Positions 10,088 to 19,010 of a stretch of DNA of 32,000 nt are shown here, piece by piece. The stretch's first letter is position 1. Each line of letters starts with the position of its first letter. The stretch is from Psychrobacter sp. HD31 (GTDB taxonomy: Bacteria; Pseudomonadota; Gammaproteobacteria; Pseudomonadales; Moraxellaceae), in the NCBI RefSeq assembly GCF_051097895.1, contig NZ_CP142525.1:960001-992000 (forward strand). Reading direction: 5' to 3'. The translations under genes were made by a program, and so were the position numbers. The notes beneath the pieces were generated by a model, which saw nothing but the letters and a program-made list of their open reading frames with translations, searched no databases and was not told the DNA's origin.

Positions 10088-10139
10088 TATAAAAACTATG
10101 TCAACCATAAGTTTAATCTAGATTGATATAGTTTTTATA
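10088..10139. repeat. 12-bp inverted repeat with a 28-bp spacer in the lldP-lldD gap
   Basis: TATAAAAACTAT (10088-10099) and ATAGTTTTTATA (10128-10139) are exact reverse complements. Confidence 0.5.
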
Positions 10140-10309
10140 ATTCAGGTAAAAAAACCTAAATACAATGGGCAACGAAAACGATGACTCAAGCCAAACAAGT
10201 TAGGATAGATTCTATCTCAAGCAAGTTGATACTCGTTTCATAATTTTTAGTTCGTTCATCATAATCTTAGCTTTTATACCAAAGCTAAATGAATAAAAGA
10301 GGCAACCCT

Positions 10310-11521
10310 ATGGCAAATTTAGATAAGATTACAGAAATTGAAGACCTCCGACGTATTGCAGAACGTAAAGTTCCTCGTATGTTTTATGACTATGTAGATT
10401 CTGGCTCATGGACACAAACGACCTACCGCAATAACGAAACTGACTTTGACCGTATTAAATTACGCCAGCGTGTACTGGTTGATATGGAAGGACGTAGCCT
10501 ATCCACAACCATGGCAGGTGAAGATGTCCATATGCCTGTTGCAATCGCACCAACTGGCTTTACCGGAATGATGTGGGCTGATGGTGAAATTCATGCCGCA
10601 CGCGCTGCAGAAAAATTTGGCGTACCATTTTCGCTATCGACTATGAGCATCTGCTCTATTGAAGACGTTGCAGAAAATACTGAAAAACCATTTTGGTTCC
10701 AGTTGTATGTGATGCGTGATAAAGAGTTTATGGAAAACCTCATTAAACGTGCAAAAGCTGCAAACTGCTCTGCTTTAATCTTAACAGCCGACTTACAAGT
10801 ACTAGGACAACGTCATAAAGATATTAAAAATGGTTTGTCTGCACCACCTAAACCAACCATCAAAAATATTTTAAACCTAATGACCAAACCACAATGGTGC
10901 ATGAACATGCTTGGCACAAAACGTCATAGTTTTGGTAATATTGTTGGTCATGCTAAAGGGGTTGGTGATTTATCTTCATTATCTTCATGGACAGCCGAGC
11001 AGTTTGATCCAGGTCTAAGCTGGGATGATGTTGCTCGTATCAAAGATTTATGGGGTGGTAAAATTATCATCAAAGGTGTTATGGAGCCAGAAGATGCCAT
11101 TATGGCCGCTAAAAGTGGGGCTGATGCAATGGTTGTTTCGAATCATGGCGGACGTCAGTTAGATGGTGCACCTTCTTCAATTGCTGCAATTAGTGACGTT
11201 GTAGAGGCAGTTAAAGCCGAATCAAGCGATACAGAAATCTGGTTAGACAGTGGTATCCGCTCTGGTCAAGATGTATTAAAAGCTATTTCTTTGGGTGCAA
11301 AAGGCACGATGATTGGTCGCTCTTTCTTATATGGATTGGGGGCTCATGGCGAAGATGGTGTACGTAAAGCGCTAGAAATTATTTATAAAGAATTAGACAT
11401 TACCATGGCTTTCTGTGGTCATACTGATATCAATACCGTGACAGATGATATTTTGATTAAAGGCAGTTACGAATATCTAAAATCTGGACGCCCAATGTTA
11501 GAGCCTATCCGCTGGGGATAA
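10310..11521 (+). CDS. lldD: FMN-dependent L-lactate dehydrogenase (alpha-hydroxy-acid oxidoreductase family)
   Basis: PVAIAPTG, PFWFQLYVMRD, IIIKGVMEPEDA, VVSNHGGRQLDG and DSGIRSGQDV are collinear with E. coli LldD. The ATG at 10310 has AGAGG upstream, and the in-frame ATG at 10289 is the alternative. Confidence 0.93.
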   Translation: MANLDKITEIEDLRRIAERKVPRMFYDYVDSGSWTQTTYRNNETDFDRIKLRQRVLVDMEGRSLSTTMAGEDVHMPVAIAPTGFTGMMWADGEIHAARAAEKFGVPFSLSTMSICSIEDVAENTEKPFWFQLYVMRDKEFMENLIKRAKAANCSALILTADLQVLGQRHKDIKNGLSAPPKPTIKNILNLMTKPQWCMNMLGTKRHSFGNIVGHAKGVGDLSSLSSWTAEQFDPGLSWDDVARIKDLWGGKIIIKGVMEPEDAIMAAKSGADAMVVSNHGGRQLDGAPSSIAAISDVVEAVKAESSDTEIWLDSGIRSGQDVLKAISLGAKGTMIGRSFLYGLGAHGEDGVRKALEIIYKELDITMAFCGHTDINTVTDDILIKGSYEYLKSGRPMLEPIRWG

Positions 11522-11593
11522 ACACTAGGCTATTTAGTTTTTATTGAAGTAAGACGGATATTAGCATTAATAAGAAACTTAAAAATAGCTATA

Positions 11594-11629
11594 AACAGAG
11601 CGACGTTTTACGTCGCTCTGTTTGTCTTT
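11594..11629 (+). terminator. Intrinsic terminator after lldD
   Basis: A 12-bp GC-containing stem, AACAGAGCGACG pairing with CGTCGCTCTGTT, has loop TTTTA and a T-rich tail. Confidence 0.8.
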
Positions 11630-11754
11630 AAGCCTAAGTAACTCTTTAAATCTAAGTAACATCGGCAAATAACACAATCAATTAAAAAATGAATGTCTTA
11701 ACTTAGTGATAGCTATCATAAAACTATTTTTATCACAATTAATCCAGGCTTCTG

Positions 11755-11786
11755 TTAACCTAAGCTTTTTTTAACCCAAGCTTTTT
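11755..11786. repeat. Tandem 16-nt direct repeat
   Basis: TTAACCTAAGCTTTTT (11755-11770) is immediately followed by TTAACCCAAGCTTTTT (11771-11786), with one mismatch. Confidence 0.6.
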
Positions 11787-11873
11787 GACCAAGGTCATAT
11801 ATACCAAAAAGCCATCATAACTTAACAACCAAACACTAACTTGTAAGAATATCTTAAAAACTTATTATTGCCA

Positions 11874-11909
11874 TGTTGTATAATGAGTTTGTTTAATATA
11901 TTGTATAAT
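11874..11909 (+). promoter_or_regulatory. Two tandem TTGTATAAT elements, candidate ssb promoters
   Basis: TTGTATAAT occurs at 11876-11884 and again at 11901-11909, 33-66 nt upstream of the ssb ATG. Each contains a consensus TATAAT. The -35 elements are not obvious. Confidence 0.35.
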
Positions 11910-11941
11910 TTATATCATTTAACTAATAAAAGGAACAAAAC

Positions 11942-12529
11942 ATGCGAGGAATCAATAAAGTAATCATCGTTGGTAACCTAGGCGCCGATCCAGAAAGTCG
12001 CACATTCCAAAACGGTGGTATGGTGACTAATATTTCTGTAGCAACGACAGAACAATGGACCGACAAACAAACGGGCGAACGCAAAGAATTAACTGAGTGG
12101 CACCGTATTTCTTTAAATAACCGATTAGCAGAAGTGGCTGCCCAATATTTACGTAAAGGCAGCAGTGTGTATATTGAAGGTCGCCTACGTACCCGTAAGT
12201 ATCAAGATCAAAACGGACAAGACCGTTATATCACCGAGATCCGTGCAGATAATATGCAAATGTTGGGTGGCAACAACAGCCCTGCAGGACAAGGCGGTTA
12301 TCAAAACAATGCCAACGGCTTCCAAAACCAAGGTGGATTTAACAATCAAGCAAACAATAATTTTGCTAACCAAGGTGTTAACAACCAAAATGGATTTGCT
12401 AATAATACTCAACCAAATAACAGCTTTGGCAACGCTGCTCCTCAGCAGCAAGCACAGCCTGCCCAGCAGCCAAAACCACAAGATATGGCAATGAGCGATG
12501 CCCCAGCAGATGATGACATTCCGTTTTAA
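11942..12529 (+). CDS. ssb: Single-stranded DNA-binding protein
   Basis: The OB-fold N-terminus [24 protein letters not shown]...TEWHRI, a low-complexity linker and the canonical acidic tip DDDIPF. Confidence 0.96.
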   Translation: MRGINKVIIVGNLGADPESRTFQNGGMVTNISVATTEQWTDKQTGERKELTEWHRISLNNRLAEVAAQYLRKGSSVYIEGRLRTRKYQDQNGQDRYITEIRADNMQMLGGNNSPAGQGGYQNNANGFQNQGGFNNQANNNFANQGVNNQNGFANNTQPNNSFGNAAPQQQAQPAQQPKPQDMAMSDAPADDDIPF

Positions 12530-12569
12530 ATCTTATACTAAATTAAGATAACTTAATTTACCTATAATT

Positions 12570-12601
12570 AACCCATTGATTTAACCATCTTTGGGTTTTT
12601 T
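12570..12601 (+). terminator. Possible intrinsic terminator after ssb
   Basis: AACCCA (12570-12575) pairs with TGGGTT (12592-12597) and is followed by a T-run. The stem is short and the loop long. Confidence 0.45.
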
Positions 12602-12874
12602 ATATGCATGGGGCTTTGGTTTTTATATGCAGATTATCTGCTGTTTTTCAGCATTACTGGCTTGTTGTTCTGCATTCTTTGTTGTCATACCTTTTTAAAA
12701 ATCCAATTTTTCAGTGACATCCACTCAAATAAAACATCGGCATAATCATGCAAAATAGTTAACCTAAAAAATGAGATAAATATATTCTATTTTTGAATTT
12801 ATCATTTTTTCAACAACTCGGTAACATAGCTTTTCATTAACTAAGCCACGTTTACTATTGTAAGAGAAGCAGCT

Positions 12875-14557
12875 ATGTACCAATATTCTTATGCCGATCA
12901 GACCATCGTCGATGAGCGAGTCGAGCAGTTTCGTGATCAGACACGTCGTTTTTTGGCTGGCGAATTAGAGGAAGAACAATATCTCCCGCTACGCCTACAA
13001 AATGGACTGTACATTCAACGACACGCACCTATGCTACGCATCGCCATTCCATACGGTTTAATGTCAAGTACTCAGCTACATAAACTGGCAGATATTACAA
13101 CAAAATATGACAAAGGTTATGGGCACTTTACAACACGTACTAACATTCAGTTAAACTGGGTTCAGTTAAAGGATGTACCAGATATCTTAGCTGAATTAGC
13201 CTCTGTACAAATGCATGCCATCCAAACTTCTGGCAATTGCATACGTAATACTACAACAGATCCTTATGCAGGGATTCATAGCGAGGAAATCGAAGATCCC
13301 CGCCCCTATTGTGAAATCATTCGTCAATGGTCAACGTTTCATCCTGAATTTGCATTTTTACCACGTAAATTTAAAATTGCAGTGATTGGTACGGCAGAAG
13401 ATCGCTCTGCCAGTCAATTGCATGATGTGGGCCTACGCATCATTAAAAATGAACAAGGTGACATCGGCTTTGAAGTGTTAGTTGGTGGTGGGCTTGGTAG
13501 AACCCCTATTATTGGTAAGCTCATCAAACCATTTTTAGAGCCAAAACATTTGTTAAGCTATCTTGACGCTGTACTCAGAGTTTATAACCTAAATGGCAGA
13601 CGAGACAACAAATATAAAGCACGCATCAAAATACTTGTTGAAGCCATGGGCGCCGATGAGTTTGCTAAGCAAGTTGAAGCAGAGTGGAAAGCGCACAGCA
13701 AAGATGGCACATTAACCCTGACTGATGCACACATTGCTAAAGCAAAAACTTATTTTACTGAGCCAGACTATGAAAACTTAGATGGTTTAAGCAGCCAAAC
13801 TGCGCTCAAAAAACACCTAGACACTAATAAAGACTTTGCTAATTGGTATCAACAAAACACAACACCGCACAAAGTTGCAGGCTACCGTGCAGTCACCATC
13901 TCGCTTAAGGCTGGTATGGTGGATAACAAGTTTATACCACCGGGGGATGTAACTGCCCAACAAATGCATGCATTAGCAAACCTAGCACAACAATACAGTT
14001 TTGGTGAGATTCGCTCAACCCATCAACAAAACCTTGTGTTTGCCGATGTTAAAACCAATGATTTGTTTGATTTGTGGCAAGCACTAACCGAGCTTAACCT
14101 TGCACGCCCTAATATTGGCACACTAACCGATATGATTGTTTGCCCAGGTTTTGATTATTGTGGACTTGCCAATGCCACCACTCACAACATTGCAGAGCAA
14201 ATTAACCAAAAATTTGATCAACTGGACTATCTTTATGATCTTGGCAAGATACAACTTAACATGTCAGGTTGTATGAACGCTTGTGCCCACCATCATGTTG
14301 GCGATATTGGTATTTTGGGTGTCGATAAAAAAGGCGAACATTGGTACCAAATTAGTCTGGGTGGTAACTCAGGAAAAAACGCTCAATTGGGTCAAATTCT
14401 TGGTAAAGCAGTCGCCAGTAATGAAGTAGCAAACACCCTGCAAACCATTTTAAATACTTATATCACGCAACGTGAACAAGACGAGCCATTTAGCGATGTC
14501 ATCGCACGCACTGGTCTTAGCCCATTCAAGGAGGCAGTCTATGGCACTGGTAAATAA
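12875..14557 (+). CDS. cysI: Assimilatory sulfite reductase hemoprotein (nitrite/sulfite reductase 4Fe-4S/siroheme family)
   Basis: 560 aa. It has the Cys cluster CPGFDYCGLA ... SGCMNACAHHHVGDIG, typical of the siroheme-[4Fe-4S] site, and sits in a cys gene context. Confidence 0.88.
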   Translation: MYQYSYADQTIVDERVEQFRDQTRRFLAGELEEEQYLPLRLQNGLYIQRHAPMLRIAIPYGLMSSTQLHKLADITTKYDKGYGHFTTRTNIQLNWVQLKDVPDILAELASVQMHAIQTSGNCIRNTTTDPYAGIHSEEIEDPRPYCEIIRQWSTFHPEFAFLPRKFKIAVIGTAEDRSASQLHDVGLRIIKNEQGDIGFEVLVGGGLGRTPIIGKLIKPFLEPKHLLSYLDAVLRVYNLNGRRDNKYKARIKILVEAMGADEFAKQVEAEWKAHSKDGTLTLTDAHIAKAKTYFTEPDYENLDGLSSQTALKKHLDTNKDFANWYQQNTTPHKVAGYRAVTISLKAGMVDNKFIPPGDVTAQQMHALANLAQQYSFGEIRSTHQQNLVFADVKTNDLFDLWQALTELNLARPNIGTLTDMIVCPGFDYCGLANATTHNIAEQINQKFDQLDYLYDLGKIQLNMSGCMNACAHHHVGDIGILGVDKKGEHWYQISLGGNSGKNAQLGQILGKAVASNEVANTLQTILNTYITQREQDEPFSDVIARTGLSPFKEAVYGTGK

Positions 14558-15209
14558 TCAACAAGTCATTGAAAATATTTGGACGATTTTACAAACAGAT
14601 GATTTGGCGGAGGATAACCTTTTACCAAATATCTCTTTGTCTGATTTGTTAACCCGCCAAAATACGGATGAACCGTTAAATATTTTATTGCCTATTTCTG
14701 CCTTACTTAATATCAGAAAAAACAGCATGGGCAATGACAGTTTAGCAAGAGAGACCCTCAAGCTCATCCAAACAAAAAGTCGCAAAATTGCGGTTTGGTT
14801 AGACACAGAGCATAACCATGCAAATGACTACCCTGCAAGTAGTCAACAATTAGACGATTTACTCAATGCAACCAGCAAAAAGGCTCAAAAATTAAACCCT
14901 TTATTGGCTGATATTGTTTCAGAGTTAACACTGATTGTATTAAATGTGCCCCTATTTGCCAATGGTAGAGCCTTTAGCCTTGCCGAGCATCTTCGCAAAC
15001 AAGGCTATAGCGGTGAGATTCGTTTAACAGGCGCGTTTGGGCGTGATCAGCTCCCCTATTATCATCGTAGCGGCGTTGATACCTTTATGGTAAGTGAAGA
15101 AGAATTGAACAAAGGCGATGGGCAAGATGAATTTTTTGCTATTTTTAATGCCCTTGCTAATGCGCCAGCTGGTAAAGATGTCAACAATTTACCTATGTTT
15201 AGAGAATAG
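14541..15209 (+). CDS. DUF934-family protein (conserved partner of CysJ-less sulfite reductases)
   Basis: The ATG at 14541 is preceded by AAGGAGG (14528-14534) and overlaps the cysI stop by 17 nt. The C-terminal NGRAFSLAEHLRKQGYSGEIRLTG...RSGVDTF matches my recollection of DUF934. Confidence 0.75.
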   Translation: MALVNNQQVIENIWTILQTDDLAEDNLLPNISLSDLLTRQNTDEPLNILLPISALLNIRKNSMGNDSLARETLKLIQTKSRKIAVWLDTEHNHANDYPASSQQLDDLLNATSKKAQKLNPLLADIVSELTLIVLNVPLFANGRAFSLAEHLRKQGYSGEIRLTGAFGRDQLPYYHRSGVDTFMVSEEELNKGDGQDEFFAIFNALANAPAGKDVNNLPMFRE

Positions 15210-15335
15210 CTGGATTAAAAAAATAGCTAAGACTAAGTTTATAAACAATCTTTCTATCAGTCTTTTTTTCTCATTATTTTAAATCACAAATAGTCATTTT
15301 ATAAAATTAAGAGTAGTAATATAAGGGCAATAACC

Positions 15336-15965
15336 ATGGTATCAAAATCATTAGATATTCAGTCTCAAAACCGCGAGCTACAATATCATAGCCCAATTCA
15401 AATTATTGAGTGGGTTGCCAAAAATACGAACAATCCAATTATTACAACTAATTTTAGACCGCAAACTTCTGCCATATTGCATTTGGTTACCCAAGTCATC
15501 CCTAATATACCTGTGCTATGGGTTGACTCTGGCTATAATGTGGATCCCACGATAGAGTTTGCTAGCAAACTTACTGAGCAGCTTAAGTTAAATCTGACCA
15601 TTTACCGCCCAGAACCTACACCTGAACTTGAGCAATTTAAAAAAACAGGCATCCCTAAAGTTGACACACCTGAGCATGATAGATTTTCACAGCTTGTTAA
15701 AATCGCTCCGTTTCAACAAGCATTAACAAAAGCTGAGCCAGATGCATGGATAACAGGCATACGCCAAGACCAAACTGAGTTTCGCAAATCACTTGATATT
15801 TTGTCATATTCAAACCAAGGTATCTTAAAAGTTGCGCCTATTTTCTATTGGTCAAAACAAGCACAACTGGACTATATTGCTAACCATAATTTGCCAGATG
15901 AACATCGCTACTTTGATCCCACTAAAGCCAGTGATAAGCGCGAATGTGGGATACAGCTTTTATAA
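15336..15965 (+). CDS. cysH: Phosphoadenosine phosphosulfate (PAPS) reductase family protein
   Basis: PP-loop-family fold with a C-terminal redox motif ECGIQ (canonical ECGLH). It lacks the CC...CxxC iron-sulfur motif of APS reductases, with only one Cys in the protein. Confidence 0.88.
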   Translation: MVSKSLDIQSQNRELQYHSPIQIIEWVAKNTNNPIITTNFRPQTSAILHLVTQVIPNIPVLWVDSGYNVDPTIEFASKLTEQLKLNLTIYRPEPTPELEQFKKTGIPKVDTPEHDRFSQLVKIAPFQQALTKAEPDAWITGIRQDQTEFRKSLDILSYSNQGILKVAPIFYWSKQAQLDYIANHNLPDEHRYFDPTKASDKRECGIQLL

Positions 15966-15982
15966 AAAAGTAAAAAAATATT

Positions 15983-17455
15983 ATGAATACATTTCCTCTT
16001 TTCCACAAGCTTGAAAACCAACCCATCCTTATTATTGGAGGTGGCGAGGTTGCCATGCGAAAGGCAGATTTATTAAGACGCGCAGGTGCGAACCTAACAA
16101 TTGTTGCGCCATCAATTGATCCTGAAATAAAACTGCTATTAAACAAAGACGATAGCTATAACAACTTATACCCTAATAGCCGTCATGTATTCATTGAAGA
16201 AACCTACAAACCAACGCATTTACAACAACAATCATTTATTTTTATTATTGTTGCAACCGACAATGAAGCCCTTAACAAAAACATCCATGCAGATTGCAAA
16301 AAGCAAGGCTTGTTAGTTAATGTTGTTGACACTCCGCCTCTTTGTGACTTCATTTTCCCTGCCATTGTTGATAGAAACCCCATCACTATTGGCATCTCTT
16401 CTAATGGCAAAGCCCCCGTATTAGCAAGGTTACTAAGAGCAAAAATTGAAACCATTATCCCGCAGCAATACGGCAAACTGGCAAAAATTGCTGGGGATTT
16501 TAGAAATGAAGTTAAATCCAAATTGCCGACTATCAACGCAAGACGAAAGTTTTGGGAGCACGCTTTTAACGGCAAATATAGTGAACTTATATTTGCAGGT
16601 AATGAAGCCAATGCCGAGCAGCAGCTTAAACAAGATTTAGAAAAATTTAGCAAAGTGTATGCTGATAACTCTATTGAACAAACGCAACAGCAAGATGGTG
16701 AGGTTTATATTGTGGGCGCTGGTGCTGGCGATCCAGAACTTTTAACCTTTAAAGCACTGCGATTGATGCAACAAGCAGACATTGTATTTTATGATGCGTT
16801 AGTATCAGATGAAATCCTTGACCTTTGCCGACGTGATAGCGACAAAGTGTATGTTGGGAAAAAACGTTGTAATCATTCTGTAGAGCAAGAAAACATCAAT
16901 GAATTATTGGTCAAACACGCTAAAATTGGGCAACGCGTCGTTCGCTTAAAAGGTGGTGATCCGTTTATTTTTGGTCGTGGTGGCGAAGAAGCTCAAGAAC
17001 TTGCAAAGCATGGCGTTTCGTATCAAATCGTACCGGGTATTACCTCAGCAAGTGCGATGGCAAGTTATACAGGGATTCCATTGACCCATCGTGACCACGC
17101 ACGCTCAGTCCGTTTTGTAACTGGGTGCCTAAAAAAAGGAACCCCAAATGAGCAATTTAGCTCTATGCTTGAACCAAACGAAACCATCGTGTTTTATATG
17201 GGGTTACATGCGTTAGAACGCCTGACAACTGGTTTAATTGAAGCAGGCAAATCTAAAAATACGCCCATTGCCATTGTTTCTAACGCCAGCAGGTCAAATC
17301 AACAAGTATTAACAGGCACACTGGCTGATATTGTAAAAAAACAAGCGCACGCTCAACTGCCATCCCCTGCCCTTTTGGTTATGGGCGATGTCGTTAACCT
17401 ACATGAAGATTTAAAATGGTTTAACATTAATACACCAAATTCTCATACCAAATAG
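15983..17455 (+). CDS. cysG: Siroheme synthase (precorrin-2 dehydrogenase/ferrochelatase plus uroporphyrinogen-III C-methyltransferase)
   Basis: N-terminal Rossmann segment ILIIGGGEVAMRKA and C-terminal SUMT domain VYIVGAGAGDPELLTFKALRLMQQADIVFYD, VVRLKGGDPFIFGRGGEE and VPGITSA. Confidence 0.93.
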   Translation: MNTFPLFHKLENQPILIIGGGEVAMRKADLLRRAGANLTIVAPSIDPEIKLLLNKDDSYNNLYPNSRHVFIEETYKPTHLQQQSFIFIIVATDNEALNKNIHADCKKQGLLVNVVDTPPLCDFIFPAIVDRNPITIGISSNGKAPVLARLLRAKIETIIPQQYGKLAKIAGDFRNEVKSKLPTINARRKFWEHAFNGKYSELIFAGNEANAEQQLKQDLEKFSKVYADNSIEQTQQQDGEVYIVGAGAGDPELLTFKALRLMQQADIVFYDALVSDEILDLCRRDSDKVYVGKKRCNHSVEQENINELLVKHAKIGQRVVRLKGGDPFIFGRGGEEAQELAKHGVSYQIVPGITSASAMASYTGIPLTHRDHARSVRFVTGCLKKGTPNEQFSSMLEPNETIVFYMGLHALERLTTGLIEAGKSKNTPIAIVSNASRSNQQVLTGTLADIVKKQAHAQLPSPALLVMGDVVNLHEDLKWFNINTPNSHTK

Positions 17456-17534
17456 CAGCCACCTAAGTAAAAAAACTGGTCATTATTTTTTATATTCAAT
17501 TGATTTTTAACTAAAAAAGAGAGTTGATAAGCTT

Positions 17535-18317
17535 ATGTCAAAATTTCGCACAGAGACAGTCACCCACGTACATCACTGGACAAACACATTATTTACAATT
17601 AAAACAACCCGTGACGCAGGATTACGTTTTAGAAATGGTGAATTTGCCATGATTGGGTTAGAAGTTGATGGCAAACCATTAATGAGAGCCTACTCTATTG
17701 CCAGTGCCAATTATGAGGAGGAGTTAGAGTTCTTTTCTATTAAAGTTCCTGAGGGTCCTTTAACTTCTCGATTACAGCACATTAAGGTGGGTGATGAGTT
17801 GTTGGTAAGTAAAAAACCAACGGGTACTTTGGTGTTAGATGATTTGTTACCTGGTAAGCATTTGTATATGTTGTCAACGGGGACAGGGCTGGCACCTTTT
17901 TTGTCATTAGCACGTGATCCTGAGGTGTTTGAAAAGTTTGATAAGGTTATTTTGGTGCATGGTGTGCGCCATGTGGAAGATTTGGCTTATCGTGATATGT
18001 TTGAGACTGAGTTGCCAAATGATGAGGTGTTTGGCGATTGGTTTAAAGAGAAGTTTATTTATTATCCTACGGTAACTCGAGAAGATTTTAGAAATCAGGG
18101 ACGTGTGACGGATTTGATAGAGTCTGGTAAGTTGTTTGAGGATATTGGGCTACCGGTGATGAATAAGGATGATGATCGTGTGATGATTTGCGGTAGTATG
18201 GCGTTTAATGAGGATTTAAATAGAATCTTAACTGGTTTGGGGTTAACTTTGTCCCCACGTATGGGGGTGCCTGCTGATTTTGTGATTGAGCGTGCTTTTA
18301 CTGGTGAGGGGATTTAA
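17535..18317 (+). CDS. fpr: Ferredoxin-NADP+ reductase
   Basis: Near collinear with Azotobacter/Pseudomonas Fpr as remembered: RAYSIAS, LEFFSIKVPEGPLTSRLQH, LSTGTGLAPF, VTREDFRNQGRVTDL and a C-terminal ERAF. Confidence 0.93.
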   Translation: MSKFRTETVTHVHHWTNTLFTIKTTRDAGLRFRNGEFAMIGLEVDGKPLMRAYSIASANYEEELEFFSIKVPEGPLTSRLQHIKVGDELLVSKKPTGTLVLDDLLPGKHLYMLSTGTGLAPFLSLARDPEVFEKFDKVILVHGVRHVEDLAYRDMFETELPNDEVFGDWFKEKFIYYPTVTREDFRNQGRVTDLIESGKLFEDIGLPVMNKDDDRVMICGSMAFNEDLNRILTGLGLTLSPRMGVPADFVIERAFTGEGI

Positions 18318-18363
18318 TTAAGATTAAAAAGAAACTCTCAAAGATACAAACTCTAAAAACAAC

Positions 18364-18412
18364 AATTTAGTGGCTACAGGTTAGATATATCAAAAAAAGT
18401 AGCCACTAAATT
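18364..18412. terminator. Bidirectional terminator hairpin between fpr and the ferredoxin gene
   Basis: A perfect 14-bp stem, AATTTAGTGGCTAC (18364-18377) pairing with GTAGCCACTAAATT (18399-18412), is followed by TTT. It lies between convergent stops. Confidence 0.7.
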
Positions 18413-18434
18413 TTTAAAGGTTCTATTATTAGTT

Positions 18435-18758
18435 TTAACGCTCTAAATACTGAACCTTGCCTTCAACACCGTCCCATTTATCGGCTTCTGGCATTTTATC
18501 TTTCATTTCTGTAATGTTTTCCCACTCTTCAGCAAGTTCTGCATTTAAGTCAATAAATTCTTCTTGCCCTTCGGGTACTTCATCTTCAGAAAAAATAGCA
18601 TTTGCAGGACACTCCGGCTCACATAAGGCACAGTCAATGCATTCATCTGGATGAATTACTAAAAAGTTTGGTCCTTCATAAAAACAATCAACAGGGCAAA
18701 CTTCTACACAGTCGGTGTATTTACATTTAATACAGTTATCGGTTACAACAAAGGTCAT
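18435..18758 (-). CDS. fdxA: 7Fe ferredoxin (3Fe-4S plus 4Fe-4S, FdxA type)
   Basis: [29 protein letters not shown] ... [12 protein letters not shown] is the classic Azotobacter-type ferredoxin I pattern. I placed the start at ATG 18758; the longer track ORF adds an implausible leader. Confidence 0.93.
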   Translation of the reverse strand: MTFVVTDNCIKCKYTDCVEVCPVDCFYEGPNFLVIHPDECIDCALCEPECPANAIFSEDEVPEGQEEFIDLNAELAEEWENITEMKDKMPEADKWDGVEGKVQYLER

Positions 18759-19010
18759 CGAAATAGTTACTCTTTTTTTGTAAAAATACATTTTAGGTTT
18801 TTTACAAAAAATCCTCAATAAATTGTTTATGATAAAAAAGTATTTATATAGTTCATATAAGCATGATACTTTCTTATATTTAACGCAACCTCATCAAATA
18901 AGAGAGATTCAGCTAGATTTTTTAACAGGTTTTTTACATTGCTTGTCAACAACTATTGTATAATTAACCTGAACCAGCACATTGTCAGTTAAAAATACAT
19001 GGATTAAACA

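Noticed and set aside
12165-12494. ORFs of 109 aa (+) and 98 aa (-) overlapping ssb
   Set aside because: They are produced by the repetitive AAC/CAA-rich DNA that encodes the N/Q-rich SSB linker. They have no start context or motifs, and the ssb frame is unambiguous.
14472-14540. Longer N-terminal extension of the DUF934 ORF. The same applies to the extended TTG/GTG starts of the ORFs at 4341, 7274, 7990, 10289, 18818, 25765 and 27740.
   Set aside because: In each case an internal ATG or GTG with a better Shine-Dalgarno matches the N-terminus expected from homologues. The extensions overlap upstream genes or encode implausible leaders.
16204-16653. 149-aa minus-strand ORF and two smaller ORFs inside cysG
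   Set aside because: They lie antisense to a confidently identified siroheme synthase gene and have no RBS or recognisable domain.
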